This document shows, piece by piece, positions 11,297 to 23,216 of a DNA stretch of 64,000 bases. The DNA is from Bacteroidota bacterium (GTDB lineage Bacteria > Bacteroidota > Bacteroidia > AKYH767-A > OLB10): positions 35,027 to 99,026 of the forward strand of contig JADJOA010000005.1 in the NCBI GenBank assembly GCA_016714005.1, written 5' to 3'. Position numbers and translations under genes: made by a program. Below the pieces are notes generated by a model. It did no database searches, had not been told where the DNA came from, and worked only from the letters and a program-made list of their open reading frames with translations. Numbering within the stretch: position 1 is the first letter of the stretch; each line of letters opens with the position of its first letter.

Positions 11297-11758
11297 ATGT
11301 TAATGAAAAAGAAACACGTATTTGAGAAATTGGCGCATAGGGCAACAGAGTTTAGCGGATCAACTTTAGCCTTTATGCTAGCATTAGTTACAATATTAAT
11401 TTGGCTTATTACCGGACCGTATTTTAAGTATAGCGATACCTGGCAGTTGGTAATTAATACAGGCACCACCATTGTTACGTTTTTAATGGTATTTTTAATA
11501 CAGCGAATGCAAAACAAAGATTCTCAGGCAATACATCTTAAATTAAATGAATTGGTGGCTGCATTAGACGGACCAAGCAACAGACTTATAGATGTAGAGG
11601 AAATTTCAGAGGAAGAATTGAAAATTTTAAGTAGCTATTACCAGAAACTTGCTGAAATGGCAAAGAAAGAAAAAAAACTTTCAGTATCTCATTCAATTGA
11701 AGAAGCAATGGAACTACACGAAGAAAAGTATTCGAGAACGAAGCAAAAAAGCAAGTAA
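11297..11758 (+). CDS. Low-affinity iron permease family (small membrane protein)
   Basis: Pattern 'FEKLAHRATEFSGSTLAFMLALVTILIWLITGPYFKYSDTWQLVINTGTTIVTFLMVFLIQRMQNKDSQAIHLKLNELV' matches my recollection of bacterial low-affinity iron permease family (PF04120) members; two TM helices then charged C-terminal tail. Confidence 0.5.
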   Translation: MLMKKKHVFEKLAHRATEFSGSTLAFMLALVTILIWLITGPYFKYSDTWQLVINTGTTIVTFLMVFLIQRMQNKDSQAIHLKLNELVAALDGPSNRLIDVEEISEEELKILSSYYQKLAEMAKKEKKLSVSHSIEEAMELHEEKYSRTKQKSK

Positions 11759-11777
11759 AATATTGAAAGTTTTTTAG

Positions 11778-12817
11778 TTACTTAAAATAGAAGTCGCCCG
11801 GAATAATTCCTGCTAAAAAAGTATTGAGTTGAGTTCCTGTTGCATCGTATCGGTAAATTTTTCCACGTTGTACGTAATCAATCGCATCAGAAACATAAAT
11901 TTCATTTGATGCTGGATTAATACCAAGCCCGTAAAAGTTTTTGGTGCCGTGAGCAATAAATGGAGCAGGAGGCAGGCTTAATGCAGTAATAGACATCCTA
12001 TATAAATCGTTGTTTAAATAGTATAAAGTATCATTACCACTGTTCATGTTCAATCGCCACGGAGTTTCTGTTGGGTTTGAAAAAGTGAAGGATAGTTCCA
12101 CAGAATTATTCAATGGATTAATTCTGTGCAATGAAGCATTAACAGCGTTACTTATACTTCCGCTACATAGAACCCAAAGTTTTCCGTTTTTATCTTCTAC
12201 AATTGAGTTAGAGCCAATTCCGATTGCGATGCTATCTGTTAATACGTCTGTTAACGTATTTATCACATAGAGTTTATCGCTCAAATAGTTTGTAACAAAA
12301 ACTTTTCCGTAAGACAACGCCATTTCTTCGGTTTTCCAGAGCATGAAATAGTACCTAATATGGCGTTGTTGCTTAAATCAATTATTGAAACGTAATCAGC
12401 ATATAAATCTGTTACATAAGCTTTACTATTGCTAACCGGTAAAAAATAACGTGGAGAAGTAAGACCGGTTATGGTTGCAACCGATGCAAAATTACTTTCG
12501 TTAACCACCTCAATTTTTCCGGAGTTGTTTACTACCATATAAATCTTCCCATTAAAACGATGCATGCTCTGACAAACATCTCCCAAGGGTCTGTTGTTGG
12601 CAGGCGCAAACAAATCCTGTACACAATAATTGGAAGAGGGATCGTAATAACTTACCTGCGCATTACCAAACTGAAAGTTTCCCTCATTGGTTATATACAC
12701 TCCGTTGGCAGCAGTGTTTATTGCTGAAATGGTAACATCTTCGGGTTTATCTTTTCTGCATGCTGTTATGATGCAGAATGCAATAAGCAATAACCATTTC
12801 TTAATCAGATATTGCAT
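11778..12817 (-). CDS. YncE-like beta-propeller lipoprotein (cell-surface protein), frameshift near 12300
   Basis: Signal peptide + lipobox-like 'ITACRK'; repeated 'xYV(T/S)(N/D)' beta-propeller-blade-like segments (YITNEGNF.., KAYVTDLYADYVSIIDL.., KVFVTNYLSDKLYVIN.., EIYVSDAIDY..); last gene of the riboswitch-controlled TonB receptor operon. Confidence 0.4.
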
Positions 12818-13801
12818 GTTGAACTATTAATTTTTTTACTGCATTATTTTTTTCATCACCTAATGAAATAACATACACCCCTGCAGGAATATCTCTTATA
12901 TCAATTCTGTTTTGATTTACTTTGTTAAGATCCATTTTTCTTACTTCTTTCCCTGTTAAATCTAAAATGGAAATTTTTATTCCGTAATGTATATTGTTTA
13001 GGCTTATGTAAATAAATTCTGAAGTTGGATTAGGGTAAACACTAAAATCTAAAGCGACCTTATTTTCATGTAAGTTAAGAGGAGATTCGTGAATAACGCC
13101 CACGGCATCCAAATCAAATCCACTTGATGGAAACGGAGTAGTCCACGGGTCATTTATTTTATTTCCGTGACTATCATAACGCACATACATGTCTTGAATA
13201 GAACCAACCACATCAATAACCTTAATATGAGTAACAGCGTTTGTATTTAATCCAGGTTGCCCTGTTAATTGGTTCAAGTCAATGGAGTGCCGTACAACGC
13301 TTCGTATTTTCCTGCAAGGTTGTCAATTTGTGTGGCATCAATACTACCAAAGCCGCCAACTTGTAAAGTGTCTTGCGTATAGGATGTAGAAGGAAACCGG
13401 AAATAATTTATGCCGTCAGAGCTAACTTCAACATAAGCAAGTTCAAGAAATGTGTTGCTGAAACTGTTTTCAAAAATGGCAAAATCCCAACCTGCACCAT
13501 CTGTAACAGGATTTGCAAATGTGAGAATAGCTTCACCACCATCACCTAAACTTACAGTGCCATTTGTTCCTGCTTGCCCCAGTGCCATTGAGCTATCACC
13601 TGAATTAGCAAAACCTAAACTCTGATTTGAAATATCCTGCAAACCTATTATAACGGTGCATCCTGTTGCCCATGCGACAAACGCAGAGCTATCTTTATAC
13701 ATAGCCGTAGTTCCGGGAATGCCGGCTGGAGGTGGAAACTGTGCGGAGGCAAATTGATACATCAGCAAAGCAATATTAAATACAGATATTTTTTTCATCA
13801 C
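12801..13801 (-). CDS. Secreted protein with T9SS C-terminal sorting domain (two ORFs, stop/start overlap at 13274-13277; probably one gene)
   Basis: Upstream ORF has signal peptide (MMKKISVFNIALLMYQFASAQ); downstream ORF ends with T9SS CTD (VYPNPTSEFIYISLNN...LDLTGKEV...IPAGVYVISL...KLIVQ). Confidence 0.45.
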
Positions 13802-14860
13802 TCTTTAACAAATAGTTTTTTTATGTCTTTTACACCATCGTTTACAACAACTGTATAAACACCGGCAGATAATTGTTGAACAGAAATTCTGGAATGACCA
13901 TTGTATATATTATTCATCATCATTTTTCTTCCTGTTACATCATAAACAGAAATTATGTTTGTTGTATTTCTTGATTTTTTATGATGTATATCAATAGTAA
14001 GTATTTCTTTTGCGGGATTAGGGTATAAGTGTATATTATCTGTAGTAATCTCGTCATTAATTGAAAGAGGGTTATCTGCAGTTGTAAAATTATCAATGCA
14101 AAAGAAGGAAGGTGTGTTCATTCCAAATGAACCCATATCGGTTGATGATAATGTCATTTGCAAACTGTCAACGTTTCCTAATGAAGTTAAGTCAACCCAC
14201 TGCCATGTTTTTTAAAATATAATCCTGGGCGTTGTTTACAAAGCGGTAATCTGCTAAATAAAATTCAACGCTGTCATTGGTCATAACTCCGCCAAACCAT
14301 TTTCTGATGGTTAATTTATACCAATCAGGATCATTACCTGTTATACCTCCAAACTTTTTTGAAAAGGCATCACCATCTCTCATGCTCAAAGCCGCAAAAG
14401 TTGTGTTGGTAATATAAAATCCATTTACGACTTTGCCCATAGCCGTAGCGTTTAAATTAATTATCGGGTTTAAATTTCCAACAGCATAATTATTGGAACC
14501 ATTAAACCCGGATGCTGTAATGGCGCTGTAATTGTTTATAAAACCTGCTGTAGTGCTGTCCTGCATATTGGAATATGCCCATCCGCTTGCCCAGTAAAAA
14601 AAAGTGGAATCATATACGTTTGGAAAAATGGCATTTCCATCAGTAAATGATACGCCACCGGGAGATGCTGCTCCATCCCAATAAGAGTTTGGTGAAAGGC
14701 TTAATGATTCAAAAGTGGAAACGGTTTGTGCATTGGCTGTTTTTAATACTGTTGTTGCAATAGCCGTGATGGAGATAAGTTGTAAAATTTTCTGCATGTG
14801 TAAATTATTTAGTTGTTGTTTTATTCGGATTATTAAAAGAAAAGGAAATTCCTGTTTCAA
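13798..14860 (-). CDS. Secreted protein (DUF4465-like N-terminal region) with T9SS C-terminal sorting domain, frameshift near 14170
   Basis: 14192-14860(-) has signal peptide then Gly/Asn-rich domain (my recollection: resembles DUF4465 proteins found in Bacteroidota heme/B12 uptake loci; not verified); 13798-14163(-) ends with T9SS CTD (LYPNPAKEILTIDI...VYDVTGRKM...LSAGVYTVVV...KLFVKE). Confidence 0.4.
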
Positions 14861-16729
14861 AATTTTGTAAAGGCATGGCTCTGTTTAAAAGCAATTGATA
14901 TTCCTTGTTCCATATATTGTTTATTTGAAAGTATGCCGATGCAGATGAGTTTTTCCGTTTTATTCTATAGGAAATATTTGCTGAACCTAAATCGTAAGGT
15001 GTTAAATACTGCGTGTTATCTGTGGAAGTATAGCGGTAGCCGGTATAGTTGTGCCTGTAAGAGATTGCCAATCGCTTAAACTCTATTGTAGCTTTTGCGA
15101 GTCCGCTATACATGGGGTATAAATTAATTGTTTGTTTAGCGCTTCGTCATTTTCGTAACGTGTTTTGTTGTTGGTTGACAAAACATAATTGGTGATAACG
15201 GCAATAGAGATTTTAGTTTTTCCATTATGCACAATAAGTTTGTTATTCGTTTCAATACCTCTGCTCCAAACACTGGCAATGTTTTGCGGACTCCAGTAAG
15301 TAATGCCGGGAAGCCATAAAATCCATTCAGACATATCCCTGTTAAACACAGTTGCTTCTGATGAAAAAGTAAAATGCTTTTTTGCAACATTTAATTTCAA
15401 TCCTGCTTCCTGTGCGTATCCGCTTTCTGAAAGTAAATCGGGATTGCCACCAGGATACCAGTATAAATCATTTAAAGCAGGTATTCGATAAACTCTTGTT
15501 ACAGATGCTTTTGCCAGCAGGTAATCTGTAATTTTATAATCAGCCCCTGCTGAAAATGTAAACGGGGCAAAGTTTTTTTCTTGTAATTCCTGACGTGCAG
15601 AAACGGAAGTATTTAACTTCTCATTAATTGAACGAAATGAGTACAGTAGAAATAGTGCCGTACGGTTTTGATTTTGCTGATGGTAATAGTTTGGAGTAAT
15701 TGCTGAAACATAAGTATTATTTACACCAGCATTTACTGAATGTGATTTAGATAGTTGAAATTTATCTTCAACTTCAATAATAAATTCTGAGTCATGGCTT
15801 GTTTCAGAATAATTGTAAGTGGCATCTTCATACTTTAATTTCTCATTAAAAAAGGCTGCTCTAATTGTTGTAAGATGTTTTCCGTGGTTGTTTTTATATG
15901 CAGATGAAAATCTGTAATTATTGTCAAACTGTTCTGACCGGTTAATTTCCTGCAGCATGGTTGGAGGTATTTCACGTGCTGTCTGCTGTGACCATAACAT
16001 CAGGTTTATTTCCTGGTTCTGATCAATCTTAAAATAATTTTCAGAAACCAGTCCATAGTTTTTAAGAGTTGCATTTGTTTGTTTTCGTTTTTCAGAACTA
16101 ATGTTTATCGCATAAATGTTGTTGTACTCAAAATTATTTTTTGCCGAGGCATTATAAATTTTTAAGACTGATACAAACCTTTTTTTGCTTAGCTCAATAT
16201 TCAATTGTTGCTTGTAGCTGTTAAAACTTCCTGCTGACAGATTGATTGTTGCTGTAACCCCTTTATCATACTTTGCATAATTGTTCAGGTGAATGGCACC
16301 TCCCACTGCGCCACTTCCCCATAATGCTGTAGAACTTCCAAACTGTAGAGAAACTGATTCACTTGCAGTAACAGGTACCAACGCTAAATCGGTTTGACCA
16401 TACATGGGGCTGTTAATGTTAAAACCGTTCCATAAAACTGCTGTGTGAGACGCATTGCCTCCTCTGAATGAAGTAGAAGCAAGAGAACCCATTCCATAAG
16501 ATTTAACAAATACAGGGCTTTCATCTGCCAATAAATCAGCAAGATTTTTATCAATGTATTTGCTGTAAATTATGCTGTCGAATGTGGTGATTTTGTTCCC
16601 GCAGAAAAACCTGCAAGCCTGTTGGATGTAACGGTTACTGTTTTGATATGTATAATAGAATCAGGTTGGATCTCTTGGCAAAACCGGGTTCGTGATTAAG
16701 CAATATGGCAAAAACCAAATTCATAATTA
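14805..16729 (-). CDS. TonB-dependent outer-membrane receptor (BtuB/HmuR-size, ~640 aa) with >=3 apparent frameshifts
   Basis: Signal peptide readable at ~16729-16660 (MKTCLRFIIMNLVFAILL), then in another frame 'EIQPDSIIHIKTVTVTSNRLAGFSAGTKS' (TonB box/plug start), then 15083-16531 'ADESPVFVKSYGMGSLASTSFRGGNASHTAVLWNGFNINSP' (plug) and beta-barrel body; 14805-15113 supplies C-terminal strands. Confidence 0.65.
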
Positions 16730-16747
16730 TAAATCTCAAGCAGGTTT

Positions 16748-17356
16748 TCATTGAGAATTATGCATGGTTAGTTTTAAGTGCAGAGATTCTTTTTGTGCAA
16801 GTTCAAATGTTCCGAACAAAACAGCGCAATAAAATAAATCTCCAAGCAATGTTCCTTTAATAAATGGTATACCTGCAGCGTAGCAGGAAACTAGTCCATT
16901 TAAATTTTGTGGATAGGAACCGTAGCAGGCAAAATTTGTAACAGCAAAAAATAAAATAGTAGAAATCAATGATGCAAATAGTACTCTTTGAATATTAACT
17001 TTCTTTAAAATAGAAAAAGATACAAATGTTATAAGCAGGTAGCTTCCGTATTGCCAGTAAAAGCCTGAGTAGAACCATGTAAAAGTCTTGTAGTGTTGGG
17101 CATAAATAACGTTATTGATAAACAAATCGCTAAGCCGGTAGCGGTTATAGGAATAATAAATACCTGCCATTTTTTGAAAATAAGCTGCGCCAAATATTCC
17201 TATTGCGGCCAAAGGAGAAAAGTTTGGCATATGCGTAATGATTCGGCTGAAGGCTGCCAGCACAATAAGTGAAGCAATGACGGTAAAGCGAAGATCAATT
17301 TTGTTGTGTTTCATTTGCTGAAATTGTTTTATAAAATGCAAAGCAGCAACGAACAA
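16748..17356 (-). CDS. Polytopic membrane protein, putative transporter component (first gene after the riboswitch)
   Basis: ~6 hydrophobic helices; positioned directly downstream of the predicted cobalamin riboswitch and upstream of the TonB receptor, so plausibly an inner-membrane uptake component. Family not identified with confidence. Confidence 0.3.
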   Translation of the reverse strand: MFVAALHFIKQFQQMKHNKIDLRFTVIASLIVLAAFSRIITHMPNFSPLAAIGIFGAAYFQKMAGIYYSYNRYRLSDLFINNVIYAQHYKTFTWFYSGFYWQYGSYLLITFVSFSILKKVNIQRVLFASLISTILFFAVTNFACYGSYPQNLNGLVSCYAAGIPFIKGTLLGDLFYCAVLFGTFELAQKESLHLKLTMHNSQ

Positions 17357-17419
17357 CTGTATAGCAAATTCAGGTTACTGAAAATGCTAAGTCAGTGCAT
17401 TACTTCTATTGCGGAAGTT

Positions 17420-17550
17420 CCGGCACTAAATGTTAAGGCAAGTATCTGGCTCTTCTTTTTAAAGAATTACAGTTGCGCAACAGCCCATGATTTTCACATG
17501 GTTCCTTTTTAATTGCAGCTTAATTCAGCCGCACACCTTGACAAACTTTT
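17420..17550 (-). ncRNA. Probable cobalamin (B12) riboswitch
   Basis: On minus strand: '...GGAACCATGTGAAAATCATGGGCTGTTGCGCAACTGTAATTC...(17 nt)...AGCCAGATACTTGCC'. Compare cobalamin riboswitch core 'GGGAA..GGTGAAA.TCC...CCCGCAACTGTAA' and B12-box 'AGYCAGGAGACCTGCC', in correct order and spacing, ~70 nt upstream of the first gene of an operon ending in a TonB-dependent receptor. Confidence 0.5.
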
Positions 17551-17678
17551 AAAGAACTGGTGCAAAGAAAAGGTTTTTTTTGGTTTTTAAGCACGACCTT
17601 CAAATTTGAAATCTTGAAAACAGGTATGGGTTTTAATCCTATTTTTGAGTAGCGTTAAGTTCCCTAAATGTTATTCAA

Positions 17679-18126
17679 ATGAAAATAGCACTCACCATGT
17701 TTTGCCTTGTAACAACAATCTTTATAAGCAGAGCTAATAGTTTGCCTGGAAATAATTTAGAAGATGACAAATTAAATAAGGAGTGTATGAACAGGGTAAT
17801 TGCTCTTGATGATTCTTTAGGTAAAATACGCAACCATGCATGTGAGAAGATTTCTTTGAGCCAGAGCATAAAGGACTATAGTGCCGGTATGAAAAATTTA
17901 GTTATAAAAATGCCCTGAATCTTTTAAAAAAGCTTTTGAGAGACACAGGCAAGCGTGGGCAAATATGCTTGTTGTTACAGATAAATATCCTGACTTGCGA
18001 GGTGAAATGCATGTACTTTTTAAGCAACTGGAAGAAGGCAAGGATGCTGAACTTTTTAAACCGCTTTTAAAAGCTATATGGGATACGTGGGCAGAGGTAG
18101 AAAAAGCAATAAAGGAGAATAAGTAA
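17679..18126 (+). CDS. Hypothetical secreted protein (~150 aa), frameshift near 17905
   Basis: Signal peptide (MKIALTMFCLVTTIFISRANS); after the stop at 17916 a co-linear ORF in another frame continues (PESFKKAFERHRQAWANMLVVTDKYPDLRGEMHVLFKQLEE...KENK). Confidence 0.3.
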
Positions 18127-18224
18127 GTACGGCTTACTTAAACTGATAGGGCTGTTAGTAATTATGATATACAGTTTGTAGTTCTTTTTTGTAAATTTAT
18201 TTTTCAATATGAAAAGTTACAATA

Positions 18225-18650
18225 ATGAAAACCGCAATTATTATTTTAATGCTTTTAGTTGTGCAGCCATGCTTTGCACAGGAAAGCAAACAGGACGTTA
18301 AAAAGTTTTGTCTTTACATGAAGTTGTCAGATAAAGCAACTTCATCAACTTTAAAAGTTACCGTTAAGAATGGAAGAAAAATAATAGCTGACAGAGATGG
18401 TTACAAAAAGGTAACGAGGATTAATAAAAAGTCGTTTACCAGGTTTAAGAATGAAATAATAAACAAAAGCGGATTTTATGATCTTGCAGCAAGCATACAG
18501 TGCAATGATTGTACTCCAACAAGAACTGTAACTTTAAGGGTGAAAACAAACAGAGGAAATAAAACTATTACAGTAAACAATCCTCATGAGACGAGTAAGA
18601 TCGTAGAGCAAATTATCAGTGATGTGGAAAATATGGTTGGGACCTTATAA
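18225..18650 (+). CDS. Hypothetical secreted protein (141 aa)
   Basis: Signal peptide (MKTAIIILMLLVVQPCFAQ); Lys-rich; followed by a strong terminator. Confidence 0.35.
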   Translation: MKTAIIILMLLVVQPCFAQESKQDVKKFCLYMKLSDKATSSTLKVTVKNGRKIIADRDGYKKVTRINKKSFTRFKNEIINKSGFYDLAASIQCNDCTPTRTVTLRVKTNRGNKTITVNNPHETSKIVEQIISDVENMVGTL

Positions 18651-18682
18651 AGAAATAGATTCAGCTTGAGACATTAACAAAA

Positions 18683-18712
18683 AACGCTACCATAACTGGT
18701 AGCGTTTTTTGT
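18683..18712. terminator. Rho-independent terminator (bidirectional)
   Basis: aaaaaCGCTACCAtaacTGGTAGCGtttttt: 9-bp GC-containing stem, 4-nt loop, flanked by A-run and T-run; lies between convergent genes. Confidence 0.7.
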
Positions 18713-18740
18713 TGAACAGAAATATATTATCTCACAATGT

Positions 18741-20567
18741 TTATTTTTTGGTTATGTAATTATCGCCATATTTTATCACGCACATATATATGCCGTTGTC
18801 AAAAGCAGATGTGTTTATTTTAATGCTGCCTTTGCCACTCAGGTAACCTACAGTGGCAGCAGCAACCTGCTGCCCAGTGCTGTTAAAAATAGTGTAACTT
18901 ACATTTTGTTTAGCTACAGCATCATAACTTAGGTTGGTATAGTGCGATGCTGGGTTTGGGTATAAACTGAGAAACAAATTTTCTGCGGTTTCATTTATAC
19001 CTGTTACTTTTTCGATGTAGGCATTAATCATTACATCTTCAATTTCGCGGTAACGGTAGCTTGCCCAATTACCAATATTACTAGCCTGCCCTAAAATTTC
19101 GTAAGTGCGGTTACTCACTGGTGGAGACTGGTTTTGACCAAGAGTAACACCATCACCTCCCATTCCCCAACCAACATAAAAACTGCCTGAGCTAAGTAAT
19201 ATTGGTGTTGTAAGTACTACATCATTCCACGTACCAATTACAACTGAAGCAGGATCAACAAATACAGAGTCAAGTACATTATTAGGTGCGCCATTAGGCC
19301 CGGTATCATCTAATATCATTGCATAAAATCCAACAGCGTTTGGATCGTCAACAATAAACATTCTTACTTTGGTAATTATGCAAGGAGTGAACGGAGGAAC
19401 AAAATGCATAGCAGCGCCACCGGCACCACCTGTCCAGTTAAGTCCACCCAAGCCAGCATCTACTCCGTTATCAAAACTAAGGAGTATAGAAAGTTGTGTG
19501 GTGTCAACTGCTTGTAATTCGAGCGTTTTATCATTGTTAGAAGGCGTGGCATCACCAGCAAGTAGAGTAGAGTTAATATGGCGATATGTTCCCGGAATTG
19601 TTGGTGTCCAGGTATCAGGAAAAGTAACTAACTGTGATGGCTGGTGCAAGACCGGTCACGGCTATTGTATCACGCACCTGAATTGCATTAGCCGCATTTA
19701 CAAAACGCGAGTAAGAATTAAAACTTGCAATTGGTTCGTTGCCTGTGTTGCGTACTTCAACTACACTCGTGTAGCTACCGCCATTAACAGATCGAAAAAG
19801 CCCGCCATTCTCATCATTGTTGCAGTAGGTTGTTGATGCATCATTTATAGCAAGTGATGTAGTAGCCGGATATAAAAATTTAACTGTTGAGCCAATGGTT
19901 GGGTAAATTTCAAACAATACTTGCAGGCCTATGTTGCCTGAGTTGTTTTCAATACCTGTACTTACAAAACTTGCGGCTGATTGGCTTGCCCCAACTTGAT
20001 TTTGATATTGATAAAGTATAGAGCTATCGTTAGTTGACAATACAACTTGAAAAGTATTTAAACCTGTATAACCTGGTGCTGTCGAACTCCAGAAAGGAAC
20101 ATCTTTCCATGTAACAACAAGCGTGTCGTTACCAGAACTGAACCAGTATTTACAAGATGCTCCAGCCACGGGCTGACTTGCATTGTCAACAAATGTTAAG
20201 TCCGTTGCCATAGCTGCTAAATAATTGTTTGGATTACCGGGCACTGGTATTGGAGGAAAGGATGAGCCATAGGGCTGCTGCTAAAACCAATATATCCGTT
20301 TGAGCCAATCCAAAAGGATGCAGGCTGATACCAGTAATAAGTAAATGGAGCTTGCATAAAAAAAGGTCCGCGAATGTTATCATCTGCCAGTCCGGTAACG
20401 GTAACGGCAGTAGGCATACTGTCTAATTCTATCCAGTTGTAGCCTTGTCCAAGAGGATCGTTGCTGTTACGCCATATATAGCCATAGGCATCGGGTCCGC
20501 CAGAGGTTTGAGCTGTTGCGTTTTGTATGCAAGCAGCCATTAGTAAAAGTGTAAAGAGTTTTTTCAT
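18741..20567 (-). CDS. Secreted protein (~600 aa) with T9SS C-terminal sorting domain, split into 3 ORFs by apparent frameshifts
   Basis: 20217-20567(-) signal peptide (MKKLFTLLLMAACIQNATAQ); 18741-19649(-) ends in T9SS CTD (LYPNPASHYTNLSYD...IFNSTGQQV...FDNGIYMCVIKYGD); fragments are co-linear and adjacent. Confidence 0.5.
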
Positions 20568-20864
20568 GATAATGTTGTTTTAAGTGAGATTGATTTTGGT
20601 TTTCCAAAAGAAAGGAATTATGATGAAAAATAAAAGGAATAATGATTTTTGTTTATATTAATGAGTATATTATTTAAGATTATTCGTTACTCAAACTTTT
20701 AGTTTATTCTTCAGGCTCACACTAATTAAGACAATTTTTTTAATTTTTTAAAAAATTCTAACAATATTAAATAAAAGAACTTTTACTTATTTTTAGCATC
20801 GCAATAAGTATTAACTCAAATCTAAAAAACAACATCTCTTTTTTGATGAAAAGATTATTGAAGT

Positions 20865-23216
20865 TTGCATTTTTTCTCATTCTTTTCTTTCCTCTTTAAA
20901 ATGTTTGCCACCCACATAGTGGGTGGAGTGGTTTATTATAAAAAGCTAACCGGCAACACGTATGAAATAAAATTAATCGTTTACCGCGATTGTTTCTATG
21001 GTGTACCTCCGTTTGATGCACCTGCTTCCATAGGTTTTTTTGATGGAGCCACCAATAATCTTTTTACGGAAGTACTTCTTTCCACTTCCGATTCCGTAAA
21101 TGTGCCCAACTTTGTAAATAATGATTGCTTTACAGCACCGGTAAATATTTGCTACCGCGAAGCACGATATACTTTTAACGTTACGCTTCCACCAAATCCC
21201 AATGGATACATTATAGCTTATCAACGCTGCTGCCGAAATAATAGCATTTCAAATATTGTAAACCCTCAATCAGCTGGTGCTACTTATTTAGCTACTATTC
21301 CATCATCAGCATTTACCACAAATAATTCTAATCCGGTTTATACAAATTTTCCACCAACCTTTATCTGCCTTGGCTTTCCTCTTGTGTTTGATCATTCTGC
21401 TATTGATGCTGATGGAGACTCGTTAGTGTATGAACTCTGCACTCCTTTAGATGGTGCCTCTTTTTCCGACCCTATTCCTCAGCCTCCTTATAATCCTCCA
21501 TACTCACCAGTTACTTTTATTTCCCCATATTCAACATCTAATATGTTAAATGCAATAGGAGGAGGCGCACCTTTGTCTATTAACCCACAAACAGGAGTAT
21601 TAACTGCCACCCCAACAACCATAGGTCAGTTTGTAGTAGGGGTATGTGTTAGAGAGTATAGAGGGAATATTTTTCTTGGAAGTACCAGAAGGGATTTTCA
21701 ATTTAATGTAATTCCGTGTCCTTCCTTAATTGTAGCTGATTTCAGTGCGCAGCAGTCGAATATCATTACCTTATGTGGTTCATTTGATGTTGATTTTATA
21801 AATCAGAGTTTTGGGGCAGGCAGTTATCTTTGGAATTTTGGCGACCCAACAACTCTTGGGGATACTTCTAATGCAACAAATCCATCTTACACTTATCCCG
21901 ATACCGGTGTGTATAACGTTACGCTTATTGCCTATTCTTCCCTCAATCCAAATTGTGCCGATACGGCTTTCGCTACCGTTACCATAAAACCTGAGTTAAC
22001 TACGGATTTTACTTTTACCACTACTCCTTGTACATACAATGTTCAGTTCAATGATTTTATCACCAACAACACGGGTACATTAACTAGTGTTAGCTATAAT
22101 TTTGGTGATAATACCTCCGGTAATACCTCCGATCCATTACACACTTATGGTGGTCCCGGAACTTACACCGTTACTCTTATTACAACTTCTTCTGATGGCT
22201 GTTTAGACACCATTCAAAAACAATTAACAATAGTACCTATAATAAATGCGGGTACAGGCTCTAGGTCTGTTGTATGTAATACCGATTGCAATGGCGAGGC
22301 TTGGGCAACACCTGCAAACGGAACACCTCCTTATAATTACCTATGGAGTACCAGTGCCACTACTGACAGTATTTTTAATTTATGCTCAGGAACCTATACC
22401 GTTACCGTTTCCGATTTTAATAGTTGCTCAACTACACGTACAGTTATCGTTAATCAGCCAACACCACTTTCTTCGTCAGCATCAGCTACTGATGATTACT
22501 GCGGAGCAATTTGCATAGGCACTGCTACGGGAATTGCAACTGGTGCAACTCCTCCTTACACATTTACATGGAGCAATGGGCAAACAGGCAGCTACATTAA
22601 AAATCTTTGCCAGGGAACATATACAGTTACCATTACCGATGCATTGGGCTGCACCACACAAACACAAACTGTTAATGTAGGCTTACAAAATATTTTTCCT
22701 TCACTTTCAGTGTCTATCAGTGATGATACTATTTATGTAGGCGAATCGGTTCAACTGTTTGCTATTACCAATGGTGCTACATATACATGGACTCCATCAA
22801 ATATTTTAAATTCCGCAACAATTTATAATCCAATTGCTACACCCACCCAACCTGTTACTTTTATAGTAACAATTAATGATTCACTTGGCTGCCCAGTTAC
22901 AGATTCCATCAGCATTCACGTAAAAGAAGTTATTTGTTACGAGCCTGCTATTTTTATTCCCAATGCTTTTACACCAAACGATGATGCCAACAATGATATA
23001 TTCAGGGTAAGAGGTGACCAAATTCGCGAATTACTGGTGCGTGTGTATGACCGCTGGGGAGAAAAAGTTTTTGAAACCACTACTCCGGGCAAAGGGTGGG
23101 ATGGAACCTATAAAGGAAAAAAAGTAAACCCGGGTGTGTTTGTTTATTATGTTGAGGCGGTTTGTTTTAATAACGAAAATTTTTTTAAGAAGGGAAATGT
23201 TACAGTAATACGATGA
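20865..23216 (+). CDS. SprB-like cell-surface protein with PKD domains and gliding-motility-associated (T9SS type B) C-terminal domain
   Basis: PKD-like segments (YNFGDNTSGNTSDPLHTYGGPGTYTVTLI); C-terminus 'CYEPAIFIPNAFTPNDDANNDIFRVRGDQIRELLVRVYDRWGEKVFETTTPGKGWDGTYKGKKVNPGVFVYYVEAVCFNNE' = type-B CTD; followed directly by a PorP/SprF gene. Confidence 0.7.
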   Translation: MHFFSFFSFLFKMFATHIVGGVVYYKKLTGNTYEIKLIVYRDCFYGVPPFDAPASIGFFDGATNNLFTEVLLSTSDSVNVPNFVNNDCFTAPVNICYREARYTFNVTLPPNPNGYIIAYQRCCRNNSISNIVNPQSAGATYLATIPSSAFTTNNSNPVYTNFPPTFICLGFPLVFDHSAIDADGDSLVYELCTPLDGASFSDPIPQPPYNPPYSPVTFISPYSTSNMLNAIGGGAPLSINPQTGVLTATPTTIGQFVVGVCVREYRGNIFLGSTRRDFQFNVIPCPSLIVADFSAQQSNIITLCGSFDVDFINQSFGAGSYLWNFGDPTTLGDTSNATNPSYTYPDTGVYNVTLIAYSSLNPNCADTAFATVTIKPELTTDFTFTTTPCTYNVQFNDFITNNTGTLTSVSYNFGDNTSGNTSDPLHTYGGPGTYTVTLITTSSDGCLDTIQKQLTIVPIINAGTGSRSVVCNTDCNGEAWATPANGTPPYNYLWSTSATTDSIFNLCSGTYTVTVSDFNSCSTTRTVIVNQPTPLSSSASATDDYCGAICIGTATGIATGATPPYTFTWSNGQTGSYIKNLCQGTYTVTITDALGCTTQTQTVNVGLQNIFPSLSVSISDDTIYVGESVQLFAITNGATYTWTPSNILNSATIYNPIATPTQPVTFIVTINDSLGCPVTDSISIHVKEVICYEPAIFIPNAFTPNDDANNDIFRVRGDQIRELLVRVYDRWGEKVFETTTPGKGWDGTYKGKKVNPGVFVYYVEAVCFNNENFFKKGNVTVIR

